A program made the translations under genes and the position numbers. From the IMG/VR virus record IMGVR_UViG_3300036794_000015, positions 1 through 26,632 of that record: DNA of 26,632 nt, one strand, 5' to 3'. Below, in pieces: positions 1 through 7,567 of this stretch (positions within the stretch are counted from its first letter, which is position 1; the number at the start of each line of letters is the position of its first letter). The notes below the pieces were generated by a model. The model was given only the letters and a program-made list of their open reading frames with translations, had not been told where the DNA came from and searched no databases. This DNA is from a virus (lineage: Duplodnaviria; Caudoviricetes).

Positions 1-2
1 CA

Positions 3-185
3 ATTGTGGCAGATAACGAATCAGCAACACCAAAAGATGCTACTCCAGTAACAGATGATTTGGTTTTAGAAGCTGTGGAAGATTCTAAACAAATCGAAGA
101 AAATGAGATTATCAATGATCAAGTAGCCTCTGAAAATTATCAAGAACCTCAAGGAGAACCTGAGGTACTTGATTTAGAATTATAA
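3..185 (+). CDS. 3' end of a truncated gene, probably a RecT/Redbeta-like ssDNA-annealing protein (acidic tail)
   Basis: Open frame IVADNESATPKDATPVTDDLVLE...EVLDLEL ending TAA 183-185; acidic tail, TPKDxTP motif and position before the initiator resemble phage RecT C-termini. Confidence 0.5.
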   Translation: MVADNESATPKDATPVTDDLVLEAVEDSKQIEENEIINDQVASENYQEPQGEPEVLDLEL

Positions 186-424
186 AATAATGTGCTCGGA
201 ACCACACTAAAAGCAACGTAGATTCATTTGTTCAGCAATAAGACGGTAATAACAGAAAATCGTATTTTGTCATTGAAACACGTTAGAAAGTCATAGTTTT
301 ATCTGAATATTAAATGGATCAGCATCACACAATAGGCTTTGTGCAGGAAGGATATGTAAGTCGGGCGCTATGTACTCAGGGAGACCCAGCGCTAACCTAT
401 TGTTTATAAGGAAATGAAATATAT
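186..424 (+). ncRNA. Candidate structured intergenic RNA / leader of the replication initiator
   Basis: Complementary segments 221-235/303-320, 238-244/296-302, 329-336/396-403, 364-369/388-393, 341-345/371-375. Confidence 0.45.
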
Positions 425-1144
425 ATGGCACAACGAAGAATGATAGATAAGAGAACAATACAAACCCAAAAATTCTTAAGGTTGCCTTTGGAGTCACAAG
501 CACTATACTTTCATCTTATGCTAAATGCAGATGATGACGGAGTAGTGGAAGCATTTCCGATTGTGAGAATGGTTGGAGCTGCAGAGGACAGTTTGGGTTT
601 ATTGGTAGTAAAACAATTTATTAAACCTTTAAATGACGAAATGGTTTACTTTATCGTTGACTTCAAAGAGCAAAATACAATTAGAAAAGATACCTACAAA
701 CCCAGTAAATATGCGGATTTAATAGCCGTTGACGAGCCGTTAACGAACCGTCAACGTGGCGATAACGTAGATAAGAATAGATTAGATAAGAATAGATTAG
801 ATAAGAATAATATATTGTCGAGTAACCTCGACGATGTTAAGAAAATCTTATCCTATCTCAATGAAAAAGCGGGCACTAGCTATCGAGCTTCTAGCAAGAA
901 AACACAATCTTTGATAAATGCTCGATTCAATGAAACTTTTACAATTGATGACTTTAAACGAGTAATTGATATAAAAGTTGCTGAATGGGGTAATGATGAA
1001 AAGATGAGCAAGTTTCTCCGTCCAGAGACATTATTTGGACCTAAGTTTGAAAGTTACCTCAATCAAAAACCAGTAAATAAGGGTCAAGGAGTATTTGCTG
1101 ATCCCAATGCGGAGTTTGATGTTAATGATCGCGGGGGTTGGTAA
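425..1144 (+). CDS. Phage replication initiator (replisome organizer-type N-terminus, Phg_2220_C-like C-terminus)
   Basis: N-terminal MAQRRM..SQALYFHL..ADDDG; DKNRL repeats; C-terminal FLRPETLFGPKFESYLNQ; directly upstream of a DnaC-like ATPase. Confidence 0.9.
   Translation: MAQRRMIDKRTIQTQKFLRLPLESQALYFHLMLNADDDGVVEAFPIVRMVGAAEDSLGLLVVKQFIKPLNDEMVYFIVDFKEQNTIRKDTYKPSKYADLIAVDEPLTNRQRGDNVDKNRLDKNRLDKNNILSSNLDDVKKILSYLNEKAGTSYRASSKKTQSLINARFNETFTIDDFKRVIDIKVAEWGNDEKMSKFLRPETLFGPKFESYLNQKPVNKGQGVFADPNAEFDVNDRGGW
725..832 (+). repeat. Probable replication origin: iterons, AT-rich repeats and an inverted repeat inside the initiator gene
   Basis: Four 11-bp repeats (GCCGTTGACGA, GCCGTTAACGA, ACCGTCAACGT, GGCGATAACGT; 725-768), about 2.8 copies of TAGATAAGAATAGAT (768-809), and GTCGAG-TAAC-CTCGAC (817-832). 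Confidence 0.75.
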
Positions 1145-2049
1145 TGAAAAGAGGCGGGGGATTATTTGATTTATCTCCAGAAATACAAGAAAAAGTCGAT
1201 ACAGCTCGAAATCTTGCTAAAGAAAAAGTGATGGCTGATGCTGAAGTATGGGATTTCATTGTATCTAACGAGATACCAGATGATGCTGTAGATAAGAATT
1301 TAAGTGAGTTAAACAACTATATTATCCACAGAGAAAAATCAATTGTTCCAGGGTATTCTCAAGCTCTCAGATGCTATGAGGGTTCAATTATTACCGAGTA
1401 CAAGAAAACGAAGGAACAAAAACGCAAGGAACACGAAGCCAAGACTACAGCTGTGTTGGATAAAAACAGTATTGTCCCAGATAAGTCACTTCTTACAGCT
1501 AACTTTACTAATTTCAAATACAACACAGACAACGACGGAGAAGCTGTGGTACTCAAAAAAGCTTGTGATATTGCACGGCGCTACCTAAATGGTGAAGAGT
1601 TCAACACGATATTTAAAGGCTCTCCAGGTGCTGGTAAGTCACATCTGGCTATGGCGATTGCTCAATGGGTAAATGACCAAGCAAAACAGCGAAGGGTAAA
1701 CAAACGGGTTCTGTTCTTAGATGCTAACGAGATGTTTAGGAAACTTAAAGCAAGTATAAGCGATCCTCACTCTTATTGGTCAGAAGAAAACGTATTGACC
1801 TTGATTAGAAGTGCAGACCTTGTTGTCTTAGATGACTTGGGGAGTGAAAGTACATTCACAGGAAAAGAGCAAGCCTCTGATTATGTTCAACGCTTCCTCT
1901 TTGCGATGGTTAATGCAAATCCTTGTATTATCACAACGACTAACCTAGCAGATCCTAACGCAGTGTACAACCCTAAAATAGTGAGTCGCTTAGGACGAGA
2001 TTCAACAGATAGCGTCGTCAATTTTGATGGAATTAAGGATAAACGATAA
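1138..2049 (+). CDS. DnaC/IstB-like AAA+ helicase loader (start may be ATG 1144)
   Basis: Walker A GSPGAGKS, Walker B LVVLDDLG, ITTTN sensor, SRL arginine finger; follows the initiator. Confidence 0.92.
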   Translation: MVMKRGGGLFDLSPEIQEKVDTARNLAKEKVMADAEVWDFIVSNEIPDDAVDKNLSELNNYIIHREKSIVPGYSQALRCYEGSIITEYKKTKEQKRKEHEAKTTAVLDKNSIVPDKSLLTANFTNFKYNTDNDGEAVVLKKACDIARRYLNGEEFNTIFKGSPGAGKSHLAMAIAQWVNDQAKQRRVNKRVLFLDANEMFRKLKASISDPHSYWSEENVLTLIRSADLVVLDDLGSESTFTGKEQASDYVQRFLFAMVNANPCIITTTNLADPNAVYNPKIVSRLGRDSTDSVVNFDGIKDKR

Positions 2050-2211
2050 ATGGCAAATAAGCTAAAACATTATTTAATCAATGCTTTTGAGCAGGAAAAC
2101 TATAGATTAAGCAAGTCTGTAAAACGAAAAATGGTTGAGCAGCTTTCTTACACAGAACTCATTAAAAAATTAGCTGACATGGCTGATATGCCAGCTATCA
2201 CGGAATATTAG
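2050..2211 (+). CDS. Small hypothetical protein (53 aa; not in the ORF track)
   Basis: ATG directly after the upstream stop; MANKLKHYLINAFEQENY...PAITEY; fills the gap. Confidence 0.7.
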   Translation: MANKLKHYLINAFEQENYRLSKSVKRKMVEQLSYTELIKKLADMADMPAITEY

Positions 2212-2225
2212 AAAAGGTAAACAAA

Positions 2226-2525
2226 ATGAAAGCAAATAAAAAAATCACAGGCGAATTTACATTATCTGAACTTGGGGCAGTGCAACCTTTCCAAGGTTGG
2301 CTAAATGAAATGAATTTTGATTATGCCAAAAAAGGTATGACATACAAAATCGCAAATCTCACAGATGAACTATTTGACAATATCTTGATTCAAGCATCAG
2401 AATTTGATGCACAAGCAAATGATCAGATGGATTTGTTTGAGCAGGCAGAGCGAAAGGATGTAACAGAAGAAAAAGAAGAGTTACCAGCCCCAAATACAAT
2501 TGATGGAGATTTTGAGGAAGTATAA
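2226..2525 (+). CDS. Hypothetical phage protein with acidic C-terminus
   Basis: AAAGG RBS-like sequence upstream; tight gene packing. Confidence 0.8.
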   Translation: MKANKKITGEFTLSELGAVQPFQGWLNEMNFDYAKKGMTYKIANLTDELFDNILIQASEFDAQANDQMDLFEQAERKDVTEEKEELPAPNTIDGDFEEV

Positions 2526-2527
2526 TC

Positions 2528-2947
2528 ATGAAATTTATCTTTAATTTATATCGAGCAAGCAGCAAATCTAAAGTTGTTCCAAAACAGAAAAAGTTAATTT
2601 TGAACTCAAATGATCGCATGCATTTCCACCAGAAAGCGAAAGTGATTCAGGAGCTAAAGAGACTAGCTTTTAATCAAGTTCAAAATCCACTCAATAACCT
2701 TGAAAAGTTACCTATTTTTAACACAGCAAACCCTTGTGGAGTGACACTTACAGTATATACACCAACTAAGCGTAGAAGTGATCCAGATAACTTACAGCCA
2801 ACTTTGAAAGCTCTCATGGATGGTTTTACTGAATCTAGACTTTGGACCGATGATAATCATGAAGTCGTGAAGTTCACAAAATATCAGTTTGGCGGCCTAT
2901 CTGGTCACAATGGTTATCGATTAGAAGTTGATGTTGAGGAATTATAG
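2528..2947 (+). CDS. rusA: RusA-family Holliday junction resolvase
   Basis: RRSDPDNL..LKALMDG...WTDDN catalytic Asp/Lys pattern; replication-module position; GAGG RBS. Confidence 0.8.
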   Translation: MKFIFNLYRASSKSKVVPKQKKLILNSNDRMHFHQKAKVIQELKRLAFNQVQNPLNNLEKLPIFNTANPCGVTLTVYTPTKRRSDPDNLQPTLKALMDGFTESRLWTDDNHEVVKFTKYQFGGLSGHNGYRLEVDVEEL

Positions 2948-3065
2948 GTACACGTGCCAAAAATCTGCCTAAATTCGCCTTGTAAGATTAATCTGGATAG
3001 ATTATGTGTTTATAACTAAAAATGGAACACAGGGCGAAATATGAGCATATATGAAAGGCTTAAAA

Positions 3066-3302
3066 ATGAAATTTGAATATAAAGGAAAAAGTATTTTTCC
3101 TATTATTAAGATAAAGCCCGTATCCTTTAAGCAACTGCAACATAAATACCCAGTATTTGAGTTATGCGTTCAGAAAACGTATGACGTTAGCCGGTTTAAA
3201 GTCACTACTAAGAAAATTAAAGATGGAACTTTTGAAATCTTAGATGGATATGACGAATTAACTGGGGGATTGATCATAGAAAACGAGGATTCTGATGGAT
3301 AA
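3066..3302 (+). CDS. Hypothetical protein (alternative start 3051)
   Basis: ORF with AAAGG upstream of ATG 3066; overlaps the next ORF. Confidence 0.65.
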   Translation: MKFEYKGKSIFPIIKIKPVSFKQLQHKYPVFELCVQKTYDVSRFKVTTKKIKDGTFEILDGYDELTGGLIIENEDSDG

Positions 3303-3444
3303 ATTTGAATTAGCAATTAGTTTGCTAGTCATAGCAGTTGGGAGCTTTATTATGGGAGCTGCTTGTGTAGGCATTCAGCTAGATAAAGTAAAAAAGCAAC
3401 GTGATGAAGCGCTGGAACGTTTGGAGGAATATGAATGTCATTAA
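3295..3444 (+). CDS. Small single-TM hypothetical protein (49 aa; not in the ORF track)
   Basis: GAGG RBS; MDKFELAISLLVIAVGSFIMGAACVGIQLDKVKKQRDEALERLEEYECH. Confidence 0.7.
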   Translation: MDKFELAISLLVIAVGSFIMGAACVGIQLDKVKKQRDEALERLEEYECH

Positions 3445-3608
3445 GAGAAGAATTTTTAAATTATTTATCTAGTAAAGGAATACAATTTTCTCCTTGTGTA
3501 TTTAAAGATGAAAAAGCTATTCCGCCTCGTGAAGATTGGGAGGGCTTTGTAGAGACACTTAATAATTTTTTTAATAAAAATAAGGAGAAAAAAGATGAAG
3601 AAGTTTGA
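3435..3608 (+). CDS. Small hypothetical protein (57 aa; not in the ORF track)
   Basis: GGAGG RBS; MSLREEFLNYLSSKGIQF...KKDEEV; overlaps both neighbours. Confidence 0.7.
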   Translation: MSLREEFLNYLSSKGIQFSPCVFKDEKAIPPREDWEGFVETLNNFFNKNKEKKDEEV

Positions 3609-4266
3609 AGAAGAAATGAAAGAGTGGTTTGGTAGTCCAACGGGGTTTAATATGGAATTTCAAAGCGGATACGAAGCTTATTGCGCTTTGATTAAACGTT
3701 TCAAAGACTGGGTAAGCCCAGAGGACCATCAGAATACAGTAGCATCAAATAAAGCTTACGAAAAATCTAATCGTACGCTTTCAGAAGAAAATGCGAAGTT
3801 CGTTGTTGAAAATATTGAGCTTCAAAAACAAATCGCAGAACTCAAATCCCAGCTCAAAAAGCAGAAGCCAGAGATTCCAGAAGTTCCGCAGTTTGTTGCT
3901 AATTGGTATGAAAAGGTATCACCAATCTTTTTAGAAGGATGCATATTTGATTTCATTTTGAGCAATCCTCAAAGAGGTGCAAGTGCATCATCTGAATTTG
4001 AAAAATGGTTTATGGAAAATAATAATTCTATAGAAATACTTATTGATATGAAACGCCTAGGCTACACAGTTAAGGAGAAACGGTTTTATCTGAAAGATAA
4101 CAGGGAACTTGAATCTGTAGGCAATACTTGTATTGGATACGTAACTTTATACTTAAAGAATGACGGATATTTAACAACAGATAAAACTCGTGCTGGAAAA
4201 TTCACCCAATCAGAAATCGACAGCATGGCCGCAGAGTCTTATGAAAAAATTGAGGTGCAAGAATGA
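3595..4266 (+). CDS. DUF1642-like phage protein with coiled coil
   Basis: AAGGAG RBS; PEVPQFVANWYE and GYTV..KRFYLK...FTQSEI motifs typical of DUF1642 proteins. Confidence 0.75.
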   Translation: MKKFEEEMKEWFGSPTGFNMEFQSGYEAYCALIKRFKDWVSPEDHQNTVASNKAYEKSNRTLSEENAKFVVENIELQKQIAELKSQLKKQKPEIPEVPQFVANWYEKVSPIFLEGCIFDFILSNPQRGASASSEFEKWFMENNNSIEILIDMKRLGYTVKEKRFYLKDNRELESVGNTCIGYVTLYLKNDGYLTTDKTRAGKFTQSEIDSMAAESYEKIEVQE

Positions 4267-4469
4267 GCGAGAAAAAATATTATGTGGGATTGAAAAGTTT
4301 AATTGATACTAATGCAATCAGTCACTTTTTATGGAAAGATCACCGATTTTATCCGGGGTTTGAGAAGCCAAGTTACTTATTCACAATGGCTCAAATATCA
4401 CAAATTGCTGGTGGGTCTTTATTGAATAACAGGATTATTGAGCTTGTGCCTGTGGAGGAAGAAGCATGA
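4263..4469 (+). CDS. Hypothetical protein
   Basis: GAGGTG RBS; ATGA overlap. Confidence 0.8.
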   Translation: MSEKKYYVGLKSLIDTNAISHFLWKDHRFYPGFEKPSYLFTMAQISQIAGGSLLNNRIIELVPVEEEA

Positions 4470-4714
4470 ACCCAGAAATAAGCAAGTTATTTGAGCTGAT
4501 CGAATTATATCAAAGCCAACGTCTTGACCTCGACACTCATAATTCTAGAAAATGCCCAATATGTATACAGTGGCTCGAAATGATTGAAGGGTTTAAGCGA
4601 GATATAAAAGCTATCAGCGCCACACTCAACCTACAGATTCCAGAACCATACGCAAGCATGAGCCGTGGTGAAATTTTAGGAGGGATTGGACAGTATGACA
4701 TTTGCAGTTTATAA
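4466..4714 (+). CDS. Hypothetical protein (CxxC)
   Basis: GGAGG RBS; ATGA overlap. Confidence 0.75.
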   Translation: MNPEISKLFELIELYQSQRLDLDTHNSRKCPICIQWLEMIEGFKRDIKAISATLNLQIPEPYASMSRGEILGGIGQYDICSL

Positions 4715-4859
4715 AGGTGAAAAATTTCTTGATGAAGGTACAGCTGAAGAACTTGCAGAACGCTTTGGTGTAAGTCCAAAAACTATTAGATGGTGGGCTA
4801 CACCGACTAGCCATAAGCGAGATAAAGGAAATCGCAAGACTGCGGTTAGATTGGATTGA
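4695..4859 (+). CDS. Small HTH-like DNA-binding protein (54 aa; not in the ORF track)
   Basis: GGAGG RBS; MTFAVYKGEKFLDEGTAEELAERFGVSPKTIRWWATP has a helix-turn-helix pattern. Confidence 0.75.
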   Translation: MTFAVYKGEKFLDEGTAEELAERFGVSPKTIRWWATPTSHKRDKGNRKTAVRLD

Positions 4860-4860
4860 A

Positions 4861-5181
4861 ATGACAAAAACAAAATTACCAGACAATATCAAATTGACTT
4901 ATGAATTAGGCATGAAGGCCTATTATAACAGTGAAACAGATGGATATTATAGTAACTTAGCTGATGCTAAGATGGCGCCACGTTTAGAAAAGGCCCAAGC
5001 AAGTGACAGATGGATTGAATTTTGGAACAAAGCAATGGCTGATTATGATGATATTCCCATTTGTCCATCATGCAAACATTTACTTACAGGCTTACACAGC
5101 AGTTCATGTAATGGATTCACTAAGAAAGTGAGAAATAAAGCTGTAAGATTATTCGAGAAATCAGAAAAGGAAGCATCATGA
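4861..5181 (+). CDS. Hypothetical protein with possible Zn-binding CxxC..H..C motif
   Basis: CPSCKHLLTGLHSSSC; coupled to the next gene. Confidence 0.7.
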   Translation: MTKTKLPDNIKLTYELGMKAYYNSETDGYYSNLADAKMAPRLEKAQASDRWIEFWNKAMADYDDIPICPSCKHLLTGLHSSSCNGFTKKVRNKAVRLFEKSEKEAS

Positions 5182-5444
5182 CAAAAACAAAGCTGCAAAT
5201 CATGCGTGAGAAGAAGGGGATGACTGTTGAGCAGCTAGCGCATGAAGTTAACAGATTAGAAGAAATACGTAGGAATTTGCCAAAGGGTCACGAGATAGTT
5301 GATATAAAAAGTTTAATTTTGAATTTAAATAAAATTGAAAATAATGCTTTTACTTTTGGTGAAATTTATACAAAAAAATCATTAATAGTTTTGACTATTG
5401 CCCAAGCTCTCGGATGCTCGGTAGATGAATTGGTGGAGGAGTGA
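5178..5444 (+). CDS. XRE/Cro-family HTH transcriptional regulator
   Basis: KLQIMREKKGMTVEQLA ... IAQALGCSVDELV. Confidence 0.85.
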   Translation: MTKTKLQIMREKKGMTVEQLAHEVNRLEEIRRNLPKGHEIVDIKSLILNLNKIENNAFTFGEIYTKKSLIVLTIAQALGCSVDELVEE

Positions 5445-5827
5445 AGATGACTGAAAAAGAATCATTGTTAGTACTGAATCAAGAAATTAAAAGTGATTTA
5501 TCATTTTGTAGAGATTGCGCTATAAGTCAAGGAGCTACAGGTTGGGTAAAAGATTTTGATAGGTTGTTAGACAAGAACGAAATTCTTAACAATAAGTTGA
5601 ATCAACAATTTTCTTCTCGTTCCAAGCTCAGCATACCGAAGCAGATTGCGGAGATTGTTGATGAAACATGGGGTTATGGTGATATTGATCCGTTAGATAT
5701 CTTTGGAGATGTTAGGCTACCAGACTTTGAGAAGTGGTGGAAAAGCCAAGATCATCCAAAGGATTTAATTGTTGCCTACCTCGCAGGAGAGGCTCTGGGT
5801 GTTGAGCTTGTGGAGATTGAGGGATGA
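5441..5827 (+). CDS. Hypothetical phage protein
   Basis: GGAGG RBS (GTG 5441 or ATG 5447); overlap coupling. Confidence 0.75.
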   Translation: MKMTEKESLLVLNQEIKSDLSFCRDCAISQGATGWVKDFDRLLDKNEILNNKLNQQFSSRSKLSIPKQIAEIVDETWGYGDIDPLDIFGDVRLPDFEKWWKSQDHPKDLIVAYLAGEALGVELVEIEG

Positions 5828-5940
5828 ATTTAATTGTAACAATATCCTTAGTTATTACAGCAATATTCACTTTTCTTAGCTTTGGTCAGTTGATCAATAT
5901 TTTAGATGAGTTAAAGAAAAAAGATTTTGGAGATAAATGA
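5824..5940 (+). CDS. Small single-TM protein (38 aa; not in the ORF track)
   Basis: ATGA overlaps at both ends; MNLIVTISLVITAIFTFLSFGQLINILDELKKKDFGDK. Confidence 0.7.
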   Translation: MNLIVTISLVITAIFTFLSFGQLINILDELKKKDFGDK

Positions 5941-6488
5941 TGAAAAAAATAGTAGCAATATCAATTGGTATATTCATGGGATTATTATTAATCCTTGCAC
6001 TGACAAGTACTTTAATCGTATCAAACGTTAATAATAGAACAGTTGTCCTTGAGGAAGCTGTAAGTAGTTCTAAATCAGATATCAGTAAAGAAGAACAGCG
6101 GAGGGTAGATTTATTTAATAATTTAGCTGATTCTGTTAAGTCTTATAACAATCATGAGTCTGAAACACTCAAAGCTGTCACAGAAGCACGTAAACAAGCA
6201 GACAAAGGAAATACTCATGAAGCTATGAAGTCTTTGAATATTGTTGTAGAAAAGTATCCAGATTTAAAAGCACAGTCTAATTATTCACAGATTAATAAGG
6301 AATTTAGCATGACAGAAAATCGTTTGGCCAACTATCGTGAATCCTATAATTCAAGTGTGAAAAGCTATAACAGATATATTCGCTCATTCTTTCCTAAGAT
6401 TGTACTGAATATGGCAGGATATGAAAAACAAGATTATAAATATCTTGATTTCCATGTTGATAATAAAGATGCTAGAGATTTATTCTAG
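5937..6488 (+). CDS. lemA: LemA family membrane protein
   Basis: N-terminal TM, then QRRVDLFNNL..VKSY..HE.ETL..VTEAR, VEKYPDLKA..NY, TENRLA..R..YN..V..YN..I..F LemA signature. Confidence 0.92.
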   Translation: MMKKIVAISIGIFMGLLLILALTSTLIVSNVNNRTVVLEEAVSSSKSDISKEEQRRVDLFNNLADSVKSYNNHESETLKAVTEARKQADKGNTHEAMKSLNIVVEKYPDLKAQSNYSQINKEFSMTENRLANYRESYNSSVKSYNRYIRSFFPKIVLNMAGYEKQDYKYLDFHVDNKDARDLF

Positions 6489-6490
6489 AG

Positions 6491-7306
6491 GTGCAGATGA
6501 GAAAATTAATCATTGGAATAGTGCTTATATTATGGGCCATCATTGGAATAGTATCTTTAAAATGGTACAACAAAGACTTTGCTAACAAAGCAGACAATAG
6601 ACACTTTTATCAAAGTGCAAATCGTATCGATAATAAGGAAGACTTTGATTATTTACTTGATACTGGTGGAGGTCGTTCTATTGTTCAAGCTGATTTGTCT
6701 GCAGTTGATTCTGTATCACTTTCTCAAGTAAACACTGGCAAGAAATTCGCTTCAATCACAGCAGAGTATCAAGAATATCTACCACATACAGAAACTTATA
6801 CTGAGACTCATACAGACAGTAAAGGGAATGTGACTACTGAAGTTAAAACACGAACTGTATGGGAGTGGGAGAATGTCGGAAAAGAACATAAGGAATCCAA
6901 AACTATTTCACTCTTTGATCATAACTACTCTTCTAATTTGTTCATGTTAGAGAAGTACGAAGAAGATATTCCAGTTAAAGATATAATCAAAGGTTCTAAG
7001 GAGACTGGCAATAAACAGTACACACGCAGAGATAAACGGACAATTTGGTATGGAGTGCCAGCTAAGTTTGGTACAACATTCTATGGTGATTTGACAGATA
7101 ACGGATTGAAACCCATACAGTTTCCTAATCAAAATAGAGATAAGCAGATTAGACTACATAAGAATCAACCTATAAAAATATTCTTACAAGATGAGCTAGA
7201 ATCAAATACACCTCATCCAGTTATTTGGACAATCATTACAATTGTAATAATGATTATGGTTGCGTTAGGCGTGGTTGGTGTTGCGGTCTATGTTAAACCA
7301 TATTAG
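6491..7306 (+). CDS. Two-TM membrane protein with a large extracytoplasmic domain (LemA partner; start may be ATG 6497)
   Basis: Hydrophobic N- and C-terminal helices; GAGGTG RBS before ATG 6497; central TETYTETHTDSKGNVTTEVKTRTVWEWE beta-hairpin. Confidence 0.85.
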   Translation: MQMRKLIIGIVLILWAIIGIVSLKWYNKDFANKADNRHFYQSANRIDNKEDFDYLLDTGGGRSIVQADLSAVDSVSLSQVNTGKKFASITAEYQEYLPHTETYTETHTDSKGNVTTEVKTRTVWEWENVGKEHKESKTISLFDHNYSSNLFMLEKYEEDIPVKDIIKGSKETGNKQYTRRDKRTIWYGVPAKFGTTFYGDLTDNGLKPIQFPNQNRDKQIRLHKNQPIKIFLQDELESNTPHPVIWTIITIVIMIMVALGVVGVAVYVKPY

Positions 7307-7318
7307 AACGGGGCTGAC

Positions 7319-7489
7319 TTGAAAAAGATAATTGATATTACTAGTCTTATTAATAAATATATATGGGATCCAATTGTAGATGGATTTACCTATCTATATT
7401 ACAAAACAAAGTTTGCAGTATTTATCATTGCAACTTCTATTTTAATAATTGGACTGGCTATTAAAATACTGAAATTTATTGTATTTTAA
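7319..7489 (+). CDS. Small membrane protein (56 aa, TTG start; not in the ORF track)
   Basis: GGGG RBS-like sequence; MKKIIDITSLINKYIWDPIVDGFTYLYYKTKFAVFIIATSILIIGLAIKILKFIVF. Confidence 0.55.
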   Translation: MKKIIDITSLINKYIWDPIVDGFTYLYYKTKFAVFIIATSILIIGLAIKILKFIVF

Positions 7490-7491
7490 AC

Positions 7492-7516
7492 AAAAAAAGC
7501 CCGCTGGAACGGGCTT
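7492..7516 (-). terminator. Intrinsic terminator (U-tract on the minus strand)
   Basis: A7 run leading into stem AAGCCCG-CTGGAA-CGGGCTT. Confidence 0.7.
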
Positions 7517-7539
7517 AGGCATGAGATTTATCTGTCTAT

Positions 7540-7548
7540 ATTATAACA
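7540..7548 (-). promoter_or_regulatory. Leftward extended -10 promoter (TGTTATAAT)
   Basis: Plus strand ATTATAACA is a consensus TGnTATAAT on the minus strand, about 25 bp from the minus-strand terminator. Confidence 0.55.
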
Positions 7549-7567
7549 TAATGGAGGAAGTTTATTC

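Noticed and set aside
191-214. Pseudoknot at the start of the first intergenic region
   Set aside because: The TGTG/CACA stem exists, but the second helix would be only 2-3 bp and conflicts with the first
291-503. 70-aa hydrophobic minus-strand ORF
   Set aside because: Antisense to the initiator start and the structured leader, with no clear RBS; probably a shadow ORF
725-809. CRISPR-like array
   Set aside because: Repeats are contiguous 11- and 15-mers without spacers, inside a CDS; no cas genes; better explained as an origin
4537-4892. Two minus-strand ORFs of 80 and 88 aa
   Set aside because: The region is fully explained by plus-strand genes, including the unlisted 4695-4859 HTH ORF
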